From the NCBI GenBank assembly GCA_038087875.1, contig JAXLNO010000202.1:1-64000 (forward strand): a stretch of DNA of 64,000 nt. Direction: 5' to 3'. Below the pieces are notes generated by a model, which did not search any database, was not told where the DNA came from, and saw only the letters and a program-made list of their open reading frames with translations. This DNA comes from Malacoraja senta (lineage: Eukaryota). Position 1 is the first letter of the stretch. Every line of letters begins with the position of its first letter. A program made the position numbers and the translations under genes. Positions 8,590 to 21,520 of this stretch are shown one piece after another.

Positions 8590-11500
8590 TAGTATTAGAC
8601 ATTTCCCTACATTGACTGGGAATGTAATGTAGCAAAAGTGGGACAGAATTTGTTAAATGTGTTCTGGAAAGTTTCCTCAGGCAATATGTAGAGGGTCCAA
8701 CACGGGAGAAGGCAATACTTGAACTAGTCTTGGGAAATTGGATGGGGCAAGTGGATGAAGTGTTCATGGAGTAATCTTTGCAACCAGGGACCACTGTTCT
8801 ATTAGACTTAAGATAGTTATGGATAGAAACATGACAGGCCCAAGGGGTCAAAATGCTAAATTGGGGCACGACCAACTTTGAAGGTTATAGACAGGAACTT
8901 GCTCAAGTTGATTGGCGTAGGTTGTTTGCAGGAATAGGAATGTCAGGAAAGCGGGATGTTTTTATCACAAGAGTCCAGGACATGCACGGCCCTATTAGAG
9001 TACAGGGCAAGGCAGGCAAACGTAAGAAGGCTTGGATGATGAAGGAAATTCAGACTCTGGTCTGGAGTAAGAAGGAGGCATTGGACAGGTAGAGGCAGCT
9101 GTGATCAAGTGCATCCCTGGAGGAGTTTCAGGAAATAAGGAGCACACTGAAGAAGGAAATTGGAGACAGCTCTGGTTTTATGTACATTAAGGAAGAAAGG
9201 GCAATGACAGAGTAGAGCCCCTCAGGTGTCAAATCGGCAACTCTGTCTGGAGCCGCAGGAGGTGGGCAAGGTCCTTAATTAGTATTACTTCAGTTTTTAC
9301 TGTGGAGAGAGACATGAAGACTGGGAAACTTTGGGCAGTCAATGGAAGTGTCTTGAGAGCAGTCAGTGTTAAGCTCTGGGATGTGCTGAAGGTCCTAATG
9401 CATATGGTAGAAACATCTTCTGGGCCGGATCAGATATATCAGAGGACACTGTGGGAAGCCTGAGAGGAAATGACAGGAGCCATGGCTGATTAATGAATCA
9501 CCATTAAATACGGGAGAGGTGCTGGAGGACTAGAGGGTGGCAAAGTGTCTCCATTCAAGAAGGGGTGCAAGGAAAGGGATGGGATCTATAGGCCAGTGTC
9601 TAACATCTGTGGTTGGAAAGTTCCCAGAGAGTATTCTGAGGGATAGGATTTACATGCATTTGGATGGACAAGGGCTGATTAAAGAATGTCAGCATGGTTT
9701 GGTAGGTTGAACATTTTTTGGTGAGAGAGGCGACAATTTGGGCTGCTGTAGGTTGTCTTAGGTTGTCGCCAGGTTTACGTGGGTTGTCGCCAGGTGACGT
9801 AGGTTGTCGCCAGGTTTACGTGGGTTGTCGCCAGGTGACGTAGGTTGTCGCCAGGTTTACGTAGGTTGTCGCCAGGTTTACGTGGGTTGTCGCCAGGTGA
9901 CGTAGGTTGTCGCCAGGTTTACGTAGGTTGTCGCCAGGTTTACGTGGGTTGTCGCCAGGTGACGTAGGTTGTCGTTAGGTGATGTAGATTGTCGCCAGGT
10001 GACGTAGGTTGTCGCCAGGTGACGTAGGTTGTCGCCAGGTGATGTAGGTTGTCGCCAGGTGACATAGGTTGTTGCCGGGTTAACGTGGGTTGTCGCTGGT
10101 GCTGACTTCGGTGAATTCCATTGTCCTTGTTGCTGGCGGTCGCCTGAAAAAATTGCCTAAGTGGGACAGGCCCTTAAAGATTTTTGTAGTTCTATCATAA
10201 ACGGGAGGGTGACCAGAGGAAAGGGAAGACCTCTTGAGGATTTAGGAGAGAATTTGTGCTTAAAGAGTGGGGATGTAGGTGAGGTGTTAAATGAATACTT
10301 ATTGTCACTAAGCGAGATCTGTTGTCACCAAGAAGAAGGACATGGAGCACAGTGAGATTGGTGGGGAGAACAGTAATATGCAAGGGTTCGGAGGGATAGG
10401 GTGTTGGGATCCTGAAGTGGATTAAGGTGGATATATCCCCAGTATCTGATGCCATCTATTCCAGCTTATTCAGAAGCAAGAGAGGAGATTGTGGGAGCCT
10501 TCATGAAGGTTTTTGCATCTTCTCTAGCCACAGCCAAGGACCCAGAGGACTGAAGTAGCTAATCTTGTTTCTTTAGTAAATGAGGGGAGTAGAGAAAATC
10601 CAAGGAATTATAGGCAGATGAGCCTCGCCTCAGTGGTCGGGAAGCTATTGGAGGTTTCTTCTGGATAGTATTTACTCCCATTTGGAAGAGAATGGGTTAA
10701 TTAGAGCCAGTCAGCATGGCTTTGTACACGGCAGGTTGTGTCTTACTAACGATTGGGTTTTTTGAGGAGTTGATGAAGGTGTTAGATGAGGGTAGGGAGG
10801 TGGATTAAATACAGGAGAGGTGCTGGAGGACTAGAGGGTGGCAAAGTGCCTCCATTCAAGAAGGGGTGCAAGGACAGGGATGGGATCTATAGGCCAGTGT
10901 CTAACATCTGTGGTTGGAAAGTTCCCAGAGAGTATTCTGAGGGATAGGATTTACATGCATTTGGATGGACAAGGGCTGATTAAAGAATGTCAGCATGGTT
11001 TGGTAGGTTGGAAATAGTCTCTCATGAATCTGAGTTTTTTGAAGATGTGTCTCAAATGGTTGATGAGGGCAGAGCTGTAGACGTTGTATATGTGGTCTTC
11101 AGCAAAGCATTCCAGAAGTTTCTTCATGATAGGCTGCTCTGGAAGGTTAGTTCACGGGGGATCCAAGGAGAAATAGCTGAATGGATAGAAAATAGGCTTC
11201 ATGGAAGGAAGAAGAGGGTGATGGGGGAAGGTTGCTTCTCAGACTGGAGGCCTGTGACTAGTCATGTGCTTCAGGGTTCGGTGCTGGGCCCCTTACTTTG
11301 TGGTCTATATCAATGATTTGAATGAGATTGCCCAAGGCATAATTCGTAAGTTTGCAGATAACACAAAATTGGGTGGTGATGTAGATAGTCTTCTTCTTCT
11401 TCTTGTGTTTGAGGCAGCAGAAGTCTGCAGCTGGGTGATGCCATCCGGTTTGACATCTGTAGGTGCCCGCCCTAAAAAGGGCTTTGATGGTTATCAAAGG

Positions 11501-11820
11501 TTGCAGCAGGATCTTGATAAGTTGGGCAGGTGGGCAGAGGATGATTAATGGTGTTTAATGCAAATAAGTGTGAGGTGTTGCATTTTGGGATGTCCAACCA
11601 GGGCAGGACCTACACAGTGAACGGTAGGCATCTGGGGAGTGTAGAGCAGAGGGATCTAAGAGGGCAGGTACATAATTGCTTGAAGGTGGAGTTGCAGGTA
11701 GATAAGGTGGTCAAGAGGGTTTTTGACACATTGACCTTCATCGGTCATTGCATTAAGTATAAAAGTTTGGATGTTATGTTACAGCTGTACAAGACATTGG
11801 TGAGGCAGGAGTTGGAGAAT
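8590..11820 (+). mobile_element. Old degenerate CR1 ORF2 (EN-RT) with internal duplication/insertion
   Basis: Fragmentary motifs: DEGRAVDVVY..FSKAF, VLQGSVLGP, YINDL..KFADNTKLGG, NANKCEVLHFG. Confidence 0.75.
9757..10100. repeat. 20-22-bp minisatellite (AGGTTGTCGCCAGGTGACGT) within a partial Harbinger MITE copy (9710-10174)
   Basis: Directly visible tandem units; the right TIR GTGGGACAGGCCCT-TAA ends at 10174. Confidence 0.9.
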
Positions 11821-12260
11821 CATAGAAACATAGAAAAAAGGTGCAGAAGTCGGCCATTCGGCCCTTAGAGCCAGCACCACCATTCAATATGATCATGGCT
11901 GATCATCTACAATTAGTACCCCGTTCCTGCTTTTCCCCCATATCCCTTGATTCCTTTAGCCCTAAGAGCTAAATCTAACTCTCTCCTGAAAACATCTAGT
12001 TAATTGGCCTCCACTGCCTTCTGTGGCAGAGAATTCAACAGATTCACAACTCTCTGGGTGAAAAAATGGCCTGAATGGCCGACCCCTTATTCTTAAACTG
12101 TGGCCCCTGGTTCTGGCCTCCCCCAACATCGGGAACATTTTCTTTGCATCTAGCCTGTCCAATCCTTTAAGAATTTTATATGTTTCTATGTGATCCCCTC
12201 TCATCCTTCTAAATTCCAGTGAATACAAGCCCAGTCGTCCTATTCTTTCATCATAAGGCC
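11820..12260 (-). mobile_element. CR1 LINE 3' portion
   Basis: [27 protein letters not shown] motif; (TTTCTATG)n tail. Confidence 0.85.
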
Positions 12261-12810
12261 CATTCTTTGGAAAGTGAGTGAAAACGTCACACACGTGACC
12301 AGACGTGATCACAAAGCTACACATTAAAACATTCTTGTAAGAGATTAATCTTATTCGTTACTATTTTTCCACCGACTGAACTATAATACATGTCTGCTAA
12401 AGATATCAACATTCAAGGTTTTTAAAATTCAGAGTTTGTATATTGCTTCTGTGTGGCGTCACATACGTGACCAGTCGTATTTTACCTCCATGTTTAAGAA
12501 TATGGGGTCTGCCATTTAGGACTGAGATGAGAAAACAGAGAGTTGTGAATCTGTGAAATTCTCTACCCCCCCCCCACCCTCTATCCCCCCTTACCCCCTC
12601 TACGCCCTACCCCACCCTCTACCCCCCTACCCCCTAACCCACCACACCCTATCCCCTACACCACCACACCCTACCCCCTAACCCACCCTCGACCACACCC
12701 CCTACCCTACTCTCTATCGCATTTCGACCCTCTCCTTTGCCTCATCGATTCACGTACTTGTCTAAAATGCTTGTTAAAGGTGGTGATTGTAATGACTGAT
12801 GAAATCAGTT

Positions 12811-13080
12811 TGGGGCGGCATGGTGGTGCAGCGGTAGAGTTGCTGCCTTCCAGCATCAGAGACCCGGGTTCAATTCTGACTACAGGAGCTATCTCTACCT
12901 AGTTTGGACGTTTCTCCCTGGGATCACGTTTTTCCGGGTGCTCCGGTTTCCTCCCACACTCCAAACACATACAGTTAGTTGGCTTCAGTAAAAATCATAA
13001 ATGATCCCTAGTGTGTCGGACAGAACTAGTGTACAGTGCTGGTCGGTGGGCTGGTGAGCCTGTTTCCACACTGTAACCCT
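12811..13080 (+). mobile_element. tRNA-derived SINE (V-SINE/HE1-like)
   Basis: A-box TGGTGCAGCGG, B-box GGTTCAATTC, central GGGTGCTCCGGTTTCCTCCCACA, CR1-like 3' tail. Further copies at ~21916-22198(+), 22970-23230(-), 33158-33455(+), 33485-33775(+), 39672-39925(-), 49998-50218(+). Confidence 0.8.
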
Positions 13081-14046
13081 AGTCTAAATCAAAGGGTGAA
13101 GATCAAAGTTTTTGAAGCTATGCTAGATAAATTTCATTATCACTCATTAAAAATAATTAAAAGCATGGTTTGGCTAAATCTAAACCACTTCATTAGTCAT
13201 ACAGACCAGAAACAAGCATTGTTTCCAGAGGGAAGTAACAGCCCTCATTTCACACAGACCAGTGTCTGCCTTCCTTTTCTACACCCCCCCCAGGAGCAGT
13301 CACTCAGGATGCTAACTGCTTTCAGCTGCTCACCTGGAACTAGCCTCGTTAATGCTGCCTTTTTAAAAAGCCTCATGCTTCTACTTCTGTTCCCAGCTAC
13401 TCACCCAGAAGGAAGGTTTGCAAGTGTACCTTTATCTGTTGGCATGTGATTTGTTTCAACAATAAGGTTGGCAATGTGAGGGAACCTTGAGTTATGTTAA
13501 GTAGGGCACAGGTTTAAGGTGAGAGGGGAAAGTTTAATGGTAACCTATGGGGTAATTTTTGTTACATAAGGGCTGGTGGTGGCTGTATGGAATGAGCTGC
13601 CAGAGGAGGTAGTTGAGGCAGGGACTATCACATTGTTTAAGAGACATTTAAACAGGTACATGGATAGGACAGGTTTAGAGGGATATGGACCAAAAGTGGG
13701 CAGGTGGGACTAGTGTAGCTGGGACATGTTGGTCGGTGTGGGCAAGTTGGGCCCAAGGGCCTGTTCCACGCTGTATCACTCTCTGACTCTATAACTAGTG
13801 TAGTTGGGACATGTTAGCTGGTATGGGCAAGATGGGCTGAAGGGCCTGTTTCCACACTGTATCATTCTATGACTCTGTCTATGACAAGAGGATGGAAACT
13901 AGGTGAAAAGTAAAATAATGCACATGCAGGATGTAAGGAGTTGTAATCTGACAGGGCCATCGAATATAAACAAATAAATTGATAATTGGAAGTGTCAAAA
14001 GGGGCCATGAAAGGGCTTTAGTGAAGCAGACAAAGAAAAATCCTAA

Positions 14047-14336
14047 TGGGCCTGTCCCACCTATGCGATTTTTTAGGCGACTACAGGCGACTGCTGACAA
14101 AATGTTCAACATGTTGAACATTTTTTGGTGACAGAGGCGACAATTTGGGCTGTTGTAGGTTGTCATAGGTTGTCGCCAGGTTTATGTAGGTTGTCGCCGG
14201 GTGACGTGGGTTGTCGCCAGGTGACGTAGGTTGTTGCCGGGTTAACGTGGGTTGTCGCTGGTGCTGACTTCGGTGAATTCCATTGTCCTTGTTGCTGGCG
14301 GTCGCCTGAAAAAATTGCCTAAGTGGGACAGGCCCT
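14047..14336. mobile_element. PIF/Harbinger-type MITE
   Basis: TIRs GGGCCTGTCCCAC...GTGGGACAGGCCC and TAA TSD at 14044-46 and 14337-39. Removal restores the CR1 sequence AATCCTAAAGATT. Confidence 0.8.
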
Positions 14337-17300
14337 TAAAGATTGTTGTAGTTCTATCATAAACGGGAGGGTGACCAGAGGAAAGGGAAGACCTCTTGAG
14401 GATTTAGGAGAGAATTTGTGCTTAAAGAGTGGGGATGTAGGTGAGGTGTTAAATGAATACTTATTGGCACTAAGCGAGATCTGTTGTCACCAAGAAGAAG
14501 GACATGGAGCACAGTGAGATTGGTGGGGAGAACAGTAATATGCAAGGGTTCGGAGGGATAGGGTGTTGGGATCCTGAAGTGGATTAAGGTGGATATATCC
14601 CCAGTATCTGATGCCATCTATTCCAGCTTATTGAGAAGCAAGAGAGGAGAATGGGTTAATTAGAGCCAGTCAGCATGGCTTTGTACACGGCTGGTTGTGT
14701 CTTACTAACGATTGGGTTTTTTGGGGAGTTGATGAAGGTGTTAGATGAGGATAGGGAGGTGCATTGTAGGAACATGGATTGTAATTAGAAATTTGATGAA
14801 GTCCCACATGGTTGGCTAACTCAGATTAAGATGCGTGGGATTAACAGTGATTTGCTCGTATGGTTTCTGGTGAGTAAATTTGCAAATGATATCGGATTGC
14901 TTGACTAGCGGAGTGTGGAAGGCTGTCCGAGTATACAGCGGGACATAGATCGGCACCAGAAATGGGCAGAGAAATGGTAGAAGGTGTTTATCCTGAACAA
15001 ATGAGAGTTGCTGCACTTTGGGATGCTGAATGTTAGGGGAAAATATAGAATTAATGACATGACCTTTAGCTTTGAAGTACAGAGGTTGGACAGACTTAGA
15101 TTTTCTCTGGAATGCCAGAGGTTATGGGGAGACCTGTGTGTAGAATCATGGGAGACATAGATAGGTCAGAACCTTTATCTCAGGATGGAAAAATCAAATA
15201 CTAGAGTGCGTAGCTTTAAGATGAGAGGGGCAAAGTTTAAAGAAGATGTGAGGGGTGTTTTTTACACAGAGGGTGGCGGGTGCCTGGAACGAGCTGCCAG
15301 GGGTGGTGGAGGCAGATACAATAGTGGTGTTTAAGGGGCTTTGGGCTATAGGTGCATGATATGCACAGGATGGATTATGTGCAGACAGATAAGGGATGGG
15401 CTTAGCATGTAGTGGATGTGAAATCTTTCAGAGCTGCATGGCAAACATAGGTTGGATGGTGAAACCAATCCTAATGTGTGGAGAGTACACAAAAATGCTG
15501 GAGAATCTCAGCGGGCGCAGCAGCATCTATGGAGCGAAGGAAATAGGTAACGTTTCGGGCCGAAACCCTTCTTCAGACTAATGTGTGGAGATGTGTCCGG
15601 CAGATTCCCAGAGAGGGGAAGGACCAAGAAAATCTGTTAGAACAGAAGGCACCTGTGATTGGTGAAGGTGGGATTGTAGTGGAAGCGATGGGCATGCAAG
15701 TCTCAGGATCAACCTGTGGTGGGGCATTGATGGTGCATCTGTCCAGAGCCCCTGCTCTTCACCAATCTCCATTCCATTGACTCCATGTATACCTCGCGCT
15801 GCCTCGGCAAGGCCAGCACATAATCAAGGACGAGTCGCACCCTGGCCACTCCCTCCAGTAGCTGCTCCTCCGATTCCATGCTCCGATGACGCCATGTCCC
15901 GCCCCCCCAACTGATCACAGAATATCCGGGAACTTTCCGAGGCACAGGAGGTGGGATCATGGACTGTTCACAGATGGCAACTTTCCCTTTCGCCTTCCAC
16001 CACCGCCATCTTGCCCACAGCTTGATGGCTTGTTGGCCTTCTGCTCTGCTGTGTCTTGTGAACCTGTAGCTGATCCCTCAACCTGTTGATGGTCACTAGT
16101 GCTCAAAGTGGAACTCACAACCGTGTCATCACATTTGAGTGCACATCAGTGCTTGTACTATTGGTCCTTAAATCAATGTTATCGGATGACATAACCTGCT
16201 CCACTCCGCTGGTGAGTTGCCAGGGTGCTGTAGGTAAATTGGTTCCAGTATTCAGTCTGTGCATTCTGGTGGTAGTGCAGACAAAACAGCTGCTTGCTAG
16301 GAATTGTATGTCCCAAATATAGTTTCAGTAAAACTCCAACCGATGAGAAGTGTAATCGGAAGGATTGAAGGACAAATGTGGGTAAGTGCTCATGAATGCC
16401 TTATTCTGATTGCAGATGCATTTCTGTTAACTTTCCCACATTTATTTGCTGATCTTTCAGCAAAAGTGATACAATGGTTTCAGAATGGTGTAAAAAAAAA
16501 GAGTGAACATTGTTTCAAGTGAATGGCAGGGTCTGAGGGAGTATTGTAAAACAGTGTAGGAAGGAACTGCAGATGCAGGTTTAAATCGAAGATAGACACA
16601 AAAAACTGGAGTAACTCAGTGGGACAGGCAGCATCTCTGGAGAGAAGGAATGGGTGATGTTTCAGGTCGAGACCCTTCTGTCTACTCCAACAACTTTTTC
16701 CACACAAAGGATGGTGGGTGTATGGAATGAGTTGCCAGAGGAGGTAGAAGAGGCAGGTATTATACTACATTTAAAAGACATTTGGGCAGGTATATGGGCA
16801 GGAAATGTACTGGCTTAGATGTTAATCTTGGTCAGCATGGATGAGGTGGGTGGACAGAGTCTTTCTCTGGATATTTAGCCATAATTATTGTAGATCAACA
16901 GGAGGATCTGGATGGAAATGCACCCCAAAAATGAACATCAATGTAATGAAGGTTTTTTTCCATAAACGCTTGATGCAGAGAGCATGAAATTGCCATAGAT
17001 CAACTGGTGGCACAAGGTGTTAGTAGTTGCTTCTGAATCTATGTCGATGCCAGGAATCTCATCAGGAAGCTAAAGATATTTTAATTGTTAAACTGCCCAC
17101 ATTAGTGAATGTCCCCTCTTTTGCAAAGTCATTAAGCAAAAGTCCTTCCACCTTATCTGACTCTGGCCTTCAATGTTGTTTCTTTATTCAAGTGCTTGCA
17201 GGCTGCTGAACTCAAAACAGAAAATGCTGGGAACTACCAGTGGCTCAGGCAATGCCTGAATAAAGAAACCAAGCCCGTGTGTCATAGTGAAGACCATGCA

Positions 17301-18131
17301 AGCTATCCCTAATTAGCACAATTTCTTCCAAATGGAGTTAATACTATCCCAAAGAACCCTGTCCAATAGCTACCCCACCACTGACATGAAGCTCACCAAC
17401 CTATCATTGCCTGCATTCTCTCTACTTCCCTTCAACAACATTGGCTACTCTCCAGTCCTCTGGGACTGAGAAAAGACAAAGTTCTTCATCAAGCCTGGCT
17501 CAATCTCTGGCCTCTTACCTGGGATAGATCTCATCAGATCCCAGGGATATTCAACCTTGATGCTTTTCTTTAACGTGACTCACCAAAGCCATTTTGGCCC
17601 TTCTGGTTGCCCACTTGTGTTTGATAGACAATAGACGCAGGAGTAGGCCATTCGGCCCTTCGAGCCAGCACTGCCATTCAATATGATCATGGCTTAGGGT
17701 TAATGTTTTGTAGGTATCTTGGTGTTCTTTCCAACTTGCTTTATATTCTTCAAAGGCACTTTCTGATTTCATCTTCTTAAACCTTGCATAGTAACATAGA
17801 AAATAGGTGCAGGAGTAGGCCATTCAGCCCCTTGAGCCAGCCATTCAGCCAGCCCCTTGAGCCAGCACCGCCATTCAATATGATCATAGCTGATCATGTA
17901 TTTTCTCTTTCTTCATGACCAAATTTACAATCCAAGGTTCCCTTACTTTGCCATCCTCATCTTTCCTCCTTCGTGGGACTTGCCAAACCTAAACTTTGAC
18001 CAACTGGCCTTTAAATGGCTCCCACATGTCAGATGTGGACTTGCCCAATAACAGCTGATCCTAACTTACTCTTCCGAGCTCCTCCATAATATTGTTGTAA
18101 GTTGCCTTCTTCCAGTTGGTACTTTCACATG

Positions 18132-18311
18132 AGGGCTAGACTATGCCTATACCATGTGCATGTGCAGCATATACCATATACACATGTGTACAGTTTTGAT
18201 CACAAGGGCTAGACTATGCCTATACCATGTGCATGTGCAGCATATACCATATACACATGTGTACAGTTTTGATCACAAGGGCTAGACTATGCCTATACCA
18301 TGTGCAAGTGC
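18132..18311. repeat. 73-bp tandem repeat (~2.4 copies)
   Basis: AGGGCTAGACTATGCC recurs at 18132, 18205 and 18278. Confidence 0.85.
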
Positions 18312-18627
18312 TGCCTTTATTACCCTTTGCACTTATGTTGCACTGTCGGGGAGTTACGGACTTGCACAAGACTCTTTAGTACATCATTGCTCCTGCCATT
18401 AACTGTATAGTTTCCCTTTGCATTTCACCTCCTGAAGTGCAACACCTCACACTTGTCAGAATTAAACTCCATCTGCCACTATTCCATCTTGACAAAGATC
18501 TTTGCATCTTGTCTAGCCAGGACTGGAGAGTGGTTAGTGTTGTTATGCTTGTGAGAAGGGAGATAGGGAGAATCCAGGGAACTTAGGCTGGTGAGCCTCA
18601 CATCAGTGGTATGGTAGCTATTTGAGT

Positions 18628-21520
18628 ATAGGATTTGAGTATAGGAGCAGGGAGGTTCTACTGCAGTTATACAGGGTCTTGATGAGACCACACCTGGAGT
18701 ATTGTGTACAGTTTTGGTCTCCTAATCTGAGGAAGGACATTCTTGCCATAGAGGGAGTACAGAGAAGGTTCACCAGACTGATTCCAAGGATGTCAGGACT
18801 TTCATATGAAGAAAGACTGGATAGACTCGGCTTGTACTCGCTAGAATTTAAAAGGCTGAGTGGGGATCTTATAGAAACGTACAAAATTCTTAAGGGGTTG
18901 GACAGGCTAGATGCAGGAAGATTGTTCCCGATGTTGGGGGAGTCCAGAACAAGGGGTCACAGTTTAAGGATAAAGGGGAAATCTTTTAGGACTGAGATGA
19001 GAAAAACATTTTTCACAGAGAGTGGTGAATCTCTGGAATTCTCTGCCACAGAATGTAGTTGAGGCCAGTTCATTGGCTATATTGGCTATGATCTTGTAGA
19101 TAACTTTAATTCCAAAATTGTGAAAGTTATAGATGTCATTGCACCTGTTATGGTTAAAATGATTTCTGATAAGCAAAAGGCACCCTGGAGAAAAGCTGCT
19201 TTTGTAACAGCCCAGAAAAGAGAATGCCGGAAAGCTGAACGCATCTGGCGGAAAACAAAACTTCATATTCACCATGACATCTATAAAGAGAGCCTCCGTG
19301 GCTACAATTTAGACTTAAAAAGTGCTAGAGAAACATTTTTCTCCAATATCATTAACAACAACACTAATAAGGCAAAAACCCTATTTGCAACTGTTGACAG
19401 ACTGACCAACCCCCCAACACAAATACCACCTGAACTCCATTCCACGCAGAAATGCAATGAGTTTGCATTCTTTTATACTGATAAAATTGAAGGCATCAGA
19501 CGTGCCATCAATATCTCTGCTTCAAACAAAAATGTTGGATCACAACCCTGTTTAGGCAAAAGTAACGTGGCAATGATAACATGCTTTAATGTCATAGACT
19601 CTAAAACTCTTGTGGAAACGGTGACACAACTAAGGCCATCCACCTGCTGCCTTGATGCTTTACCTACCAACTTCTTTAAGAATGTTTTTGACTGCCTAGC
19701 AATAGACATACTGCAAATAGTTAACAGCTCTCTTCAATCAGGCAATTTCCCAAAAGCCTTGAAAACTGCAGTTATTAAACCCCTATTAAAAAAGCGGAGG
19801 ATAGATGCCTCTATTATTAACAACTATAGACCAATATCAAACCTACCTTTCATAAGTAAAATCATTGAGAAAGTTGTCCTCCAGCAACTTAATCACTTCC
19901 TGGCTTCAACTGGCTGCTACGACAACTTCCAGTCAGGATTTCGACCTCTTCATAGCACTGAGACCGCCCTTATTAGAGTTGTAAACAACATCCGTCTTAA
20001 CACAGACTCTGGCAAAGTTTCAATATTGACGCTATTAGACCTCAGTGCTGCATTCGACACTGTTGATCACTCAATACTTATGGACAGGTTGGAAAAATGG
20101 GTGGGGCTTTCAGGCACAGTCTTAAGTTGGTTCAGGTCATATCTACAAGATAGGAACTATTTTGTTTCCATTGGCGACTTTGTATCAGAACCAACCAACG
20201 TGACGTGTGGAGTCCCGCAAGGTTCGATGTTAGGGCCCTCTTTATTCAACATCTACATGCTCCCACTAGGGCAAATCATGCAAAATAATAATATTGACCA
20301 CCACTGCTATGCTGATGACACTCAAATCTATGTAGCGCTATCACCAAATGACTATCGCCCCATAGATCTGCTGTGCCAGTGCATTGAGCAAGTCAAAGAC
20401 TGGATGTGCCAAAATTTCCTCCAACTAAATAAGGACAAAACGGAGATAATTGTTATTGGTGCTAAAAAAGAAAGGCTTAAAGTAACCCAACACCTTCACT
20501 CTCTGTCCCTGAAAACGTCAAACAAAGCCAGAAATCTCGGGGTTATTATGGATTCAGATTTACATTTCGACAGTCACATCAAATCAGTAACAAAATCGGC
20601 CTACTATCACCTCAAAAACGTAGCAAGACTAAGAGGACTCATGTCAGCTCAAGACTTAGAAAAACTTGTACATGCCTTTATTACTAGTAGGCTAGATTAT
20701 TGTAACGGTCTCCTTGCAGGACTTCCGAAAAAAACTGTCAGGCAGCTACAGCTTGTTCAGAACGCTGTTGCTAGAGTTCTAACAAAGACCAAAAAATTTG
20801 AACACATTACACCAATTCTTAAATCCTTACATTGGCTCCCTGTATGTCAGAGAATTGATTTCAAAATCCTGCTGCTCACCTATAAATCACATGGTTTAGG
20901 GCCAAAGTATATCACTGACATGCTTCCACTATATAAGCCTTCTAGACCGATCGCTAAGATCTTCTGAGACCAATCTGTTAGTGATTCCCAGAGTAAATAC
21001 AAAACATGGGAAAGCAGGATTTAGTTACTATGCAACAAATAGCTGGAATAAACTTCCTGAAGATTTAAGACTTGCCCCTACTTTCACCACTTTTAAAACA
21101 AGACTGAAAACTTTTATGTTTACCTTAGCTTTCAGCTAAATCATAAATACATTGCACTTTTAACTATTGCCCTTTTCTATAATGCATTTTTAACTTTGCT
21201 TTTATTTTCTTTTAATTCTTCTATTTTATTTCATTTTATTATTTCATTTTATTGTATGACATGTTTTTATGTGAAGCACTTTGAGTCTGCCTCGTGTATG
21301 AAATGTGTTATATACATAAAGCTGCAGTAAAGTTGCAGTTATATTTAAGAGGGAGTTAGATGTGGCCCTTGTGGCTAAAGGGATCAGGGGGTATGGAGAG
21401 AAGGCAGGTACAGGACACTGAGTTGGATGATCAGCCATGATCATATTGAATGGCGGTGCAGGCTCGAAGGGCCGAATGGCCTACTCCTGCACCTATTTTC
21501 TATGTTTCTATGTTTCTATT
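18628..21520 (+). mobile_element. CR1 LINE 3' portion split by an L2 insertion
   Basis: CR1 ORF 18622-19062; CR1 sequence resumes at 21340 (TATATTTAAGAGGGAG). Confidence 0.88.
19084..21339 (+). mobile_element. L2-clade LINE, 5'-truncated, with 615-codon open RT ORF (19120-20967)
   Basis: NYRPISNLPFISKIIEK, QSGFRPLHSTETAL, LLDLSAAFDTVDH, GVPQGSMLGP, HCYADDTQIY, SRLDYCN, LHWLPV. TSD TATATT at 19078-83 and 21340-45. Confidence 0.93.

Noticed and set aside
12811..12890. tRNA gene (A/B boxes)
   Set aside because: It is the head of a multicopy SINE followed by the SINE body and LINE-like tail; no acceptor stem closes it.
17029..17070. Hammerhead near-match on minus strand (GCUUC-CUGAUGA-GAU..AUC-GACA..GAAGC)
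   Set aside because: The GAAA core reads GACA and the UH cleavage site is out of register with helix I. It is either chance or too decayed to call.
15870..17210. Apparently unique sequence that might hold exons
   Set aside because: No frame gave a recognisable domain or a consistent splice-flanked ORF; a non-coding or short exon cannot be excluded.
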